Origin: Candidatus Woesearchaeota archaeon
GTDB taxonomy: Archaea > Nanobdellota > Nanobdellia > Woesearchaeales > J072
NCBI GenBank assembly: GCA_003695265.1
Contig: RFII01000047.1
Coordinates: 1 to 43,371, forward strand
Direction of reading: 5' to 3'
Length of the DNA: 43,371 nucleotides
Part shown: piece by piece, positions 18,076 through 25,392 of the stretch
Layout of the letters: every line of letters starts with the position of its first letter
How positions within the stretch are numbered: position 1 is the stretch's first letter
Notes under the pieces: generated by a model
Seen by the model: only the letters and a program-made list of their open reading frames with translations
Databases searched by the model: none
What the model was told of the DNA's origin: nothing
Program-made: the position numbers and the translations under genes

Positions 18076-18858
18076 ATGAAAATATTAAAGATTCCTTTCT
18101 CAGCCGGCGGCCTCGGAAAAACAAAGGGGTGTGAACTTGCCCCTGATGCAATTGAGAATGAGGTGAAAAACTTTTTTCTGACAGAATCAGGAGTCTTGCC
18201 AGTTTTTGATTCATCTCAGCTTAAAATAAACCAGTCGAACATTGAAGCAACCAATAAATCTGTGGGAGAAGCGATTAAGAATGTTAATGAGCCCGCAATA
18301 ATACTTGGAGGAGACCACTCAATAACTTACGCCGCTTTTAGCGCGTTTGCAAAAAAATACTCTTCTCCAGGCATCGTTGTTTTTGACGCTCATTTTGACT
18401 GCCAGAGCGACATGGAGCCGCCGACGCATGAGGATTATTTGAGAATGCTAATAAGAAAAGGTGTTGTTTCGCCGCAGAATGTTGTTGTTATAGGCACGAG
18501 AAACTGGCATAAAGATGAGCTTGAGTTTGTGAAGGAGCAGAGAATAAAACATTTCAGCATGAAAGAGATCTCATTTGAAGGCATTAGAGAAGTGTGCGAT
18601 GCTGCAATGTCCATAGCTAAGAATTGGGATGCAATTTATCTTTCAGTTGATATTGACGTTCTGGACCCTTCTTTTGCGCCTGGCACTGGCTATCAAGAGC
18701 CAGGAGGCATGAGTTCGAGAGAATTAATTTATTTTCTTCAACGCTTCAAAAACCTGCGCAAATTAGAAATGATTGATATTGTGGAGGTTAATCCCAAAAA
18801 AGATGTTAATAATATTACAGTAAAGACCGCTGCCAAGATTGTCGTCGAGATGTCCTAG
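18076..18858 (+). CDS. speB: Ureohydrolase (agmatinase/arginase family)
   Basis: GGDHS, DAHFD, SVDIDVLDP..APGTG..EPGG, DIVEVNP; substrate not resolvable from motifs. Confidence 0.8.
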   Translation: MKILKIPFSAGGLGKTKGCELAPDAIENEVKNFFLTESGVLPVFDSSQLKINQSNIEATNKSVGEAIKNVNEPAIILGGDHSITYAAFSAFAKKYSSPGIVVFDAHFDCQSDMEPPTHEDYLRMLIRKGVVSPQNVVVIGTRNWHKDELEFVKEQRIKHFSMKEISFEGIREVCDAAMSIAKNWDAIYLSVDIDVLDPSFAPGTGYQEPGGMSSRELIYFLQRFKNLRKLEMIDIVEVNPKKDVNNITVKTAAKIVVEMS

Positions 18859-18904
18859 CCTAAAACAAAAAATTTATATATTCACCATAATTCTCTCGCC
18901 TTTA

Positions 18905-19096
18905 ATGGGACGGATAAAGACTAAATTGATAAAGCGAATAACATTAGAGCTCTTTGAGGAGCACGGCGACAAGTTTAGTGAGGAATATGAAAAGAACAAG
19001 CAGAAATTAACAGAGTTCGTTGATCTGCCCTCAAAGAAGATGAGAAACATCATTGCAGGTTATTTAACCAGATTAGTAAAAAACAATAAAACCTAG
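18905..19096 (+). CDS. rps17e: 30S ribosomal protein S17e
   Basis: MGRIKTKLIKR...F..NK...SKKMRNIIAGYLTRL. Confidence 0.96.
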   Translation: MGRIKTKLIKRITLELFEEHGDKFSEEYEKNKQKLTEFVDLPSKKMRNIIAGYLTRLVKNNKT

Positions 19097-19107
19097 GGGT
19101 GGTATTT

Positions 19108-19398
19108 ATGGCAGAGGAAACATCTGACAACTGCGTCTTTATCGGCGGAAAGCCTTTTATGAACTACGTTACTGGAGTTGTGATGCAGTTCACAACAAAA
19201 AAGGCAACTGAAGTCCTGCTTAAAGCACGAGGAAAATTCATAAGCAGGGCAGTAGACGTTGCAGAAGTAGCGACAAAAAGGTTTATGAAAGGCCAAGCTG
19301 AGGTCAAGGACATCAGAATTGACTCAGAGGAATTTGAGAACAAAGAAGGAAAACAGGTAAGAGTCTCAACCATTGAAATCCTCATCGGCAAGAAATAA
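19108..19398 (+). CDS. albA: DNA/RNA-binding protein Alba
   Basis: IGGKPFMNYV, LKARGKFISRAVDVAE, VSTIEI. Confidence 0.96.
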   Translation: MAEETSDNCVFIGGKPFMNYVTGVVMQFTTKKATEVLLKARGKFISRAVDVAEVATKRFMKGQAEVKDIRIDSEEFENKEGKQVRVSTIEILIGKK

Positions 19399-19405
19399 TT
19401 TGTTA

Positions 19406-19438
19406 GGGGATTCAAAGGGCATTCTCCCTTTGTAAATT
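19406..19438. repeat. REP-like hairpin repeat, copy 1 (GGGGATTCAAAGGG-CATTCT-CCCTTTGTAAATT)
   Basis: 7-bp stem CAAAGGG/CCCTTTG; flanks shared with the copy at 23008-23039. Confidence 0.7.
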
Positions 19439-19500
19439 ATTTTTTTATTCTCTAAAATTCCATTACTTTTAAATACATCTTATCTTATTAGTATCCTTTT

Positions 19501-19585
19501 GGGCCTGTGGTGTAATGGATGCTTCTGCCATAAAGCACAACCGGCTTCGGACCGGTTAATCGGGGTTCGAATCCTCGCAGGCCCA
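19501..19585 (+). tRNA. tRNA-Arg(UCG) with a 13-nt D-loop intron (19521-19533)
   Basis: Acceptor GGGCCTG/CAGGCCC, anticodon arm ACCGG-CTTCGGA-CCGGT, T arm CGGGG-TTCGAAT-CCTCG. Removing GCTTCTGCCATAA restores D arm GTGT-AATGGATA-GCAC. CCA not encoded. Confidence 0.92.
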
Positions 19586-19880
19586 TGCTTCATAATCGGT
19601 TCGTCTTCCTATAAAACCCCTAATTAATCCTATGTTATAAAGGTGGGCTAAGTCTTTACAAACTCGCCTGTCATAACAACTAATGTTAAGAAATCTGTCC
19701 AGCCTTGAGGCAAAATCAGGATTATTACAGGCCATATCAGCCGCAATACTAAATTGTTTATCATCTCTCAATAATTCTTCACCAAGGTCTGAGCCAAACT
19801 GGTCGAATTTCATTGAGCATTACAAATTATGGCATAACAAATATAAATTTATTTTGTTTTTATTTTAATCATAAACCTTA

Positions 19881-20123
19881 TTACTTAATTTTCCTTTCCA
19901 AAAGAACCAGCTGCATTACTTTCATTAGTTTTATTTCTTCTTTTAATTCGTTAAGCTCGTTTTTTAAGGTTAGAATCAGCTCGTAATTGTGGTTTGTGTT
20001 GTTAACGTTTTCGTTAATAATCTTCTCAATGTTTTCAATGGAAGACATGCGTGCGTCAATGTCTTTGACCCAGCCGTCTATGTTGGATTTAAGTTCTTTT
20101 ACCTCTTTTTCCACCAGCGCCAT
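19881..20123 (-). CDS. Small coiled-coil hypothetical protein
   Basis: 80-aa ORF with heptad pattern, ATG start and upstream AGGT SD-like sequence. Confidence 0.7.
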   Translation of the reverse strand: MALVEKEVKELKSNIDGWVKDIDARMSSIENIEKIINENVNNTNHNYELILTLKNELNELKEEIKLMKVMQLVLLERKIK

Positions 20124-20264
20124 CTTAAATTAACCTATATGTATCTTAATATACATTATGATATACTAACTTATATTTATATGTTTGGATTTTTTTAAGG
20201 TTCCAAAGAGGATATGGTGCTTTGTGAAACAATTTTAAATAATAGGTGTTAATCTTCACTTTTT

Positions 20265-21395
20265 ATGTTCAAAATAACAGAAGAAGAGGGTCAAGCAAGA
20301 ACAGGCATATTAAAAACATCCCACGGCAAAGTCGAAACGCCGAGCTTTAAGGCAGTCGCTACAAAAGGTGCTGTAAAATTTGTAACGACAGACGAATTGA
20401 AAGAAACAGGAGCGCAGGCCATTATTTCAAACGCGTTTATTCTTTACCTGCGGCCCGGCCTAAACATAATTGAGGAGAGCGGAGGATTGCACAAGTTCAT
20501 GGGTTGGGACAGGACAATATTTACTGATTGCGGCGGCTTCCAGGTTTTCTCGCTCGAGGGCGACTTCCACATTAGGACTATTGATGAGGGCATCGCCTTT
20601 AAGAGTCCTTTTGACGGCTCAAAGCACTTGTTAACGCCCAAAAAAACAATAGAAATCCAGTTGCGGCTAGGCTCAGACGTTGCAATGGCTCTTGACCATA
20701 TGCCTTTGGCTGGATGCACGAAAGCCCAGGCAATTGAATCATTGAAGCACACGCACAAGTGGATGCAGGAATGCAAGAAAATTCATGACAAGGAGAATAA
20801 TAGCAAGCAATTACTCTTTGGAATTGCGCAAGGCTCAATATTTCCTGACTTGCGTCTGAAATCCATAAGGTTTATAGACAGCCTTGATTTTGATGGCATT
20901 GCTTTTGGAGGACTTGCCATAGGAGAACCCAAGGAGAAAATGTATGAGATGATAAGGATAAGCTCTGCAAACTGCTCAGCAGAAAAGCCGCGCTACGTCA
21001 TGGGAGTCGGCTCGCCAATGGATATTCTAAAATGCGTCGCTTTAGGAGTGGACACTTTTGACTCTGTTTTTCCCACAAGAAATGCTAGGCACGGCCAGCT
21101 CTTCACAAGAAAAGGGCCAATAAACATTGAGAATTCCGCATTTAGGAAAGACTTTTCTCCTGTTGACGAGCATTGCAAATGTTTTAGCTGCAAAAAACAC
21201 ACCAGGGCTTACATACATCACCTTTTTAAGACGTCAGAGCCACTAGGCAAAATACTGGCAAGTTACCACAACCTTTTTTTCATACAGCAAATGCTGAGAG
21301 ACGTGAGAAAAGCAATTAAAGGCAATGAATTCAATTATTTCAAAAACACTTTCATAGAGGATTATAAGGGGGTAAATCATAAAGGAAGAAAATGA
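20265..21395 (+). CDS. tgt: Bacterial-type tRNA-guanine(34) transglycosylase
   Basis: LRPG, TDCGGFQVFSL, F.SPFDGS, GIAQG, GGLAIGE, PRYVMGVG, FDSVFPTRNARHG, Zn site CKCFSC...H; 376 aa with no archaeal PUA extension. Confidence 0.93.
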   Translation: MFKITEEEGQARTGILKTSHGKVETPSFKAVATKGAVKFVTTDELKETGAQAIISNAFILYLRPGLNIIEESGGLHKFMGWDRTIFTDCGGFQVFSLEGDFHIRTIDEGIAFKSPFDGSKHLLTPKKTIEIQLRLGSDVAMALDHMPLAGCTKAQAIESLKHTHKWMQECKKIHDKENNSKQLLFGIAQGSIFPDLRLKSIRFIDSLDFDGIAFGGLAIGEPKEKMYEMIRISSANCSAEKPRYVMGVGSPMDILKCVALGVDTFDSVFPTRNARHGQLFTRKGPINIENSAFRKDFSPVDEHCKCFSCKKHTRAYIHHLFKTSEPLGKILASYHNLFFIQQMLRDVRKAIKGNEFNYFKNTFIEDYKGVNHKGRK

Positions 21396-22393
21396 GGTTG
21401 AAATTGAGTGATTTTGATTATGAGCTTCCAAAAGAATTGATTGCGCAGCACGCCTCAATCCCAAAAGACAGCTCTAAGCTGATGATTGTCAGGAAGGATT
21501 CTGTTGAACATAAAAAATTCAGTGATGTAATCAATTATTTGGAGAAAGGGGACGTTCTCGTCATTAATGAGGCAAAGGTTAGCAGAGCAAAGCTTAGGGG
21601 AAGAAAAGAGAGTGGCGGAAAAGCAGAAGTAATACTGTGCAAAAGGCTTGGCAAGGATTTGTTTAAGTGTAGGATAAAAGGCAGTAGGCTGAGAGAAGGC
21701 ATAATCATAAAGTTTAAGCAGGGGTTAAGCTCGAAAATCGTTAAGAAAAATGATGATGTTTTCACAATAAAGTTTAATAAGCCGATTAGTGAGAACCTGA
21801 AAAGACTTTTTGAGCTTCCGCTGCCCCCTTATGTTAAGGAGCCCTTAAAGGACGAGTCTGAGTACCAAACGGTTTACTCCAAAAAAGAAGGATCATTAGC
21901 TGCTCCTACTGCCGGCCTGCATTTCACAGATGAGCTTCTTAAAAGAATAAAGGAGAAAGGTGTTAAGATAGCAAAGATTTGCCTGCACATAGATTTCGGA
22001 ACGTTTCTGCCGATCAGAGGAAAGATTAAAGATCACAAGATGCATGAGGAATGCTTTGAGATTAGCAAAAGAAATGCAGAAATAATCAATAATAGGAAAG
22101 GCCGCTTAATAGTCGTGGGAACAACGTGCGTCCGCGCTTTAGAATCATCTGCTGATGAGAAAGGAAATATTATTCCGCAGAAGAGCAAAACATCTCTTTT
22201 TATCTATCCTGGTTACAGGTTCAAGACTAGAATTGATGCTATAATAACTAATTTTCACCTGCCAAAATCTACTCTGCTCCTCTTGGTTTCTGCATACTTT
22301 GGCAGAGAAAGAATTCTTGAAGCGTACAAGCTTGCAGTAGAAAAAAAGTATAGGTTTTACAGTTTGGGAGATGCTATGATACTTATTTCCTAA
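21392..22393 (+). CDS. queA: SAM:tRNA ribosyltransferase-isomerase QueA
   Basis: SDFDYELPKELIAQ, LPLPPY, YQTVYS, GSLAAPTAGLHF, VGTT.VRALES, TNFHLPKSTL, YRFYSLGDAM. Confidence 0.97.
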   Translation: MRLKLSDFDYELPKELIAQHASIPKDSSKLMIVRKDSVEHKKFSDVINYLEKGDVLVINEAKVSRAKLRGRKESGGKAEVILCKRLGKDLFKCRIKGSRLREGIIIKFKQGLSSKIVKKNDDVFTIKFNKPISENLKRLFELPLPPYVKEPLKDESEYQTVYSKKEGSLAAPTAGLHFTDELLKRIKEKGVKIAKICLHIDFGTFLPIRGKIKDHKMHEECFEISKRNAEIINNRKGRLIVVGTTCVRALESSADEKGNIIPQKSKTSLFIYPGYRFKTRIDAIITNFHLPKSTLLLLVSAYFGRERILEAYKLAVEKKYRFYSLGDAMILIS

Positions 22394-22901
22394 TGCTGAA
22401 CTCACACCCACAATAGTTCTGCCTGTAAAGGCCGTGCTTTTTGCTCAGCTCAACAGAACGCCTAAATCCATCCTTCTTTTTTAAATCAATTTCGAGGAAT
22501 CTTCCAAGCTTTCTGCCAATGGAGAATATTTTTTGAGAATTCTTGTGCGGGCTTATTGTTAGGGTTGTTGTGAAAAGGTCAAAGCCGTGCTCCTCAGCAT
22601 AGTCACGAGCCCTTTTCAGGTTGAATTCAAAGCATTTCTCGCATCTCCTGCCGCCTTCTGGCTCTGCCTCAAGGCCTTTGATGAATTCCCGCCAAGCAGC
22701 GTGATTATAAGAATCTTCAACTAATTCTAAATCATAGATTTTTGCTATTTTTCTGGCTTCATTAAGCCTTTTTTCATACTCTTCTTTTGGGTAAATGTTG
22801 GAGCCAGAGAAAAACAATGTGACTTTATAATCTTTTTTTAATTCTTCTATCGAGTGCGTTGAGCATGGCGCGCAGCAAACATGCAACAATAATTTTTTCA
22901 T
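22383..22901 (-). CDS. queH: Epoxyqueuosine reductase QueH (DUF208)
   Basis: LLLHVCCAPCS, NIYP..EY..R, EPEGG.RC..CF, TTL.ISPHK, YRQNYCGC.FS. Confidence 0.94.
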   Translation of the reverse strand: MKKLLLHVCCAPCSTHSIEELKKDYKVTLFFSGSNIYPKEEYEKRLNEARKIAKIYDLELVEDSYNHAAWREFIKGLEAEPEGGRRCEKCFEFNLKRARDYAEEHGFDLFTTTLTISPHKNSQKIFSIGRKLGRFLEIDLKKKDGFRRSVELSKKHGLYRQNYCGCEFSIRK

Positions 22902-23007
22902 AGGATTCGAGGATGAAATAATAATATAAATAATTAACCAATGCAGATCGAAATAGCTATATATTGGATATTGGGTTGCGAAAGCAGATATAATCCACTC
23001 ATAAATC

Positions 23008-23039
23008 GGGGTTTCAAAGGGGAGTCCCCTTTGTAAATT
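23008..23039. repeat. REP-like hairpin repeat, copy 2 (GGGGTTTCAAAGGGG-AGT-CCCCTTTGTAAATT)
   Basis: 8-bp stem CAAAGGGG/CCCCTTTG; same orientation and flanks as the copy at 19406-19438. Confidence 0.7.
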
Positions 23040-23674
23040 TATTTCTTAAGTTTCTGATATTCAATGTAAGAATAAACAAACACGAGCAAAACAACAAGTA
23101 AAACAGGAATAATAACAAACCACACGGCATAACCGCTAAAAAAGACTCCGAGCAGAGCAATGATTGCAGCATACTTGAAGAGCTTGCCGCCGATTTTGTG
23201 GGTTTTCTCCCAGACTTCGTCGCTGCTTAAAGTCCAAGGAGTTCTTATGCCTATGAACCAGTTTCGCTCGAAATGCTGCATTATTGTTCCTAAATAATAA
23301 AAAAGAAGGCCTAGAGCAATTGGTATGAGAATGTTCGGGCTTATTTTTATGCCAGCATTCCACAAGGCAATCTGCAGTTGCATTATAATCATAAAAAAAG
23401 ACAATGCTATGATGAAATTGTAGTAATGCTTCTTGAACTTTTCAACGTTTTTCCTAAGAGGGTCAATTTTTGGTATTAGGATAAAAAGGATTATCATTGC
23501 AGAAAGAATTATTGGCACAAGGAAAGAGCCCCAGAATTTTGGCATGTAACCATTGACTTCTCCTCTTGAGTTCCAGTGTGAGGCAAGCTGCTCAGGCATC
23601 CTGGGATAAAAGAACAGGGCAATCAGGAAAGACAATACTACAAGGGCAAGAAGCAAAAAGCTTATTTTCCTCAT
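23039..23674 (-). CDS. DUF1648/SdpI-family membrane protein
   Basis: P...ASHWN..GEVNG (DUF1648), P.IDP, N.FIGIRTPWTLSSDEVWEKTH (SdpI); multiple TM helices. Confidence 0.9.
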   Translation of the reverse strand: MRKISFLLLALVVLSFLIALFFYPRMPEQLASHWNSRGEVNGYMPKFWGSFLVPIILSAMIILFILIPKIDPLRKNVEKFKKHYYNFIIALSFFMIIMQLQIALWNAGIKISPNILIPIALGLLFYYLGTIMQHFERNWFIGIRTPWTLSSDEVWEKTHKIGGKLFKYAAIIALLGVFFSGYAVWFVIIPVLLVVLLVFVYSYIEYQKLKK

Positions 23675-23762
23675 ATTATCTTATTCTTTTTTCCTATTTA
23701 AAAACTTTTTTAACTATTCCTGAAAAAACTTAAATATCTGAATTAAATTTTTCTTCTTTTAT

Positions 23763-23863
23763 GGGGCTGTAGTGTAGCTTGGGCGCATCAATTCATTGGT
23801 GCGGAGCACCTATCATTGGGGGTTCGGGGCCTCCAGACCGGAGTTCAAATCTCCGCAGCCCCA
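23763..23863 (+). tRNA. tRNA-Pro(CGG) with a 27-nt D-loop intron (23783-23809)
   Basis: Acceptor GGGGCTG/CAGCCCC-A, anticodon arm GGGGG-TTCGGGG-CCTCC, T arm CGGAG-TTCAAAT-CTCCG; intron forms a strict BHB; upstream AAAAACTTAAATA promoter-like element. Confidence 0.92.
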
Positions 23864-24053
23864 TTTTCTTCTGAGTATAATCTGAAAATATTCCGAAAAT
23901 AAAATCAATATCCCGAAAGATTATCGCTTTAACCAAATATTTTACGATTTTTTCTTAAAAGATTTTATTAGAGCCGAACAATTAACAAAAAAACATTAGG
24001 ACTTAGCTTTGGTTGAGAACAGGATTATTTTTTTAAGTAGAGGTAGCTCTAAA

Positions 24054-25391
24054 ATGTTAGAAGAAAAGATTGGTTGCAACGCAGAGTATGACAGAGCAAG
24101 AGTCGTGTTAGTACATACACCCAATGTTGAACTCGCAATAGGAACAGAATGCGCTAAAGGCTCACTGTTTGAAGGACCACTCAATTTTAGAGAAGTAAAG
24201 AAAGAACATGACAGGTTTAAATCCAAACTCAGAAATAAAGGTATTAAAGTAATTGACATAACTGATGTTTTGTTAGATGGGACAAGAGACCAAAATGGAA
24301 ATCCTGTTGACAGCCCAAGTCTTGATGCCCTTAGAGAATTTGCAAACCAATCATTAAAGTATGATTACAAAACAGATGGAAATAACAAGTTTTCTCAAGA
24401 TGAAATAGACAGATTTGAAGCAGCAAAAAGAATTTCTATCCAGATGGCAGAGCCAGAGCAGTTACTTGATATTATTCTAAGAAGGCCTTTGAAAATCATT
24501 GAAAAAGTTGACATAAACACAAATTATGTTACAAAAAACATGGAAAGCCCGCTCTACAACTTAATGTTTATGAGGGACCAGATGATAACAACAGATAAAG
24601 GTATTGTTCTCGGTTCAATGAACTCAGAGCAGAGAAGATTGGAAACAGAAATAGTGAAGTTTGTTCTTGATAAGATAGGAATCAAGCCAGTGTATGTGTT
24701 CTCAGAGCAGGATGGGAAGCTGGAAGGAGGTGACTTCATCCCTGCAGGAGACCATGCTTTCTTAGGACAAGGGCTGAGGACTAACAGCAAAGGAGTCCAA
24801 ACCCTATTAGCAAAAAGAACAATGTCTTTCCCCACTGTTTATATTGTGAAAGACGGCCATAAAGAGCAGGATGAAATGCATCTTGACACTTATTTTAATA
24901 TTGTCAGCAGAAAAAAAGCTGTTATTTTAAAGACAAGGCTTGACGACCCAAAAACAAGGATTGATGTTTACACACTTCAGCATGACGGGACTTATGAAAG
25001 AACTTCTGAAAACCTTTCTTTCAGGCAAGTATTATCCAAGGAGGGATATTCTTTTGTTGAGTTTGACACAGACATCCAAAGGTTGTATGGTGTTAATCTT
25101 CTCACCGTTGAAGAGGGTGATTTTATAGGAGTCCATATCGGAAATAAAGTAAATCTCAGAAACCAGCTGAACAAGATACAACAAAGATTGGGATTTTCTC
25201 TCGATGATGGAATATCAAAATACACTCCAAAGGAAATAATGATCGTTCACAGAGATTATGTTGCAAGGCTTCAAGAGCTTATTGGTGCTGATAGCCCTTC
25301 AATAATAGAAGAAAAACTGCTTTGTTTTAACCATCTCAACCAGGCGTACGGCGGTCCTCACTGCCTAACACAGGTTATCTCGCGAGGCTAG
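24054..25391 (+). CDS. arcA: Arginine deiminase-family (amidinotransferase superfamily) enzyme
   Basis: NLMFMRD, LEGGD, G.GLRT, MHLDT and C-terminal GGPHCLT (intact Cys-His-Glu/Asp catalytic set); GAGGT SD before ATG 24054. Confidence 0.85.
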   Translation: MLEEKIGCNAEYDRARVVLVHTPNVELAIGTECAKGSLFEGPLNFREVKKEHDRFKSKLRNKGIKVIDITDVLLDGTRDQNGNPVDSPSLDALREFANQSLKYDYKTDGNNKFSQDEIDRFEAAKRISIQMAEPEQLLDIILRRPLKIIEKVDINTNYVTKNMESPLYNLMFMRDQMITTDKGIVLGSMNSEQRRLETEIVKFVLDKIGIKPVYVFSEQDGKLEGGDFIPAGDHAFLGQGLRTNSKGVQTLLAKRTMSFPTVYIVKDGHKEQDEMHLDTYFNIVSRKKAVILKTRLDDPKTRIDVYTLQHDGTYERTSENLSFRQVLSKEGYSFVEFDTDIQRLYGVNLLTVEEGDFIGVHIGNKVNLRNQLNKIQQRLGFSLDDGISKYTPKEIMIVHRDYVARLQELIGADSPSIIEEKLLCFNHLNQAYGGPHCLTQVISRG

Positions 25392-25392
25392 A

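Noticed and set aside
19556..19813. 85-aa minus-strand ORF downstream of tRNA-Arg
   Set aside because: Runs antisense into the tRNA 3' half and has no recognisable motif. It may be a real orphan or remnant, but support is too weak, and it shows no integrase motifs.
22902..23038. preQ1 riboswitch upstream of queH (also looked for upstream of tgt)
   Set aside because: No preQ1 aptamer consensus seen; a TATA-like element about 25 nt before the ATG suggests leaderless transcripts.
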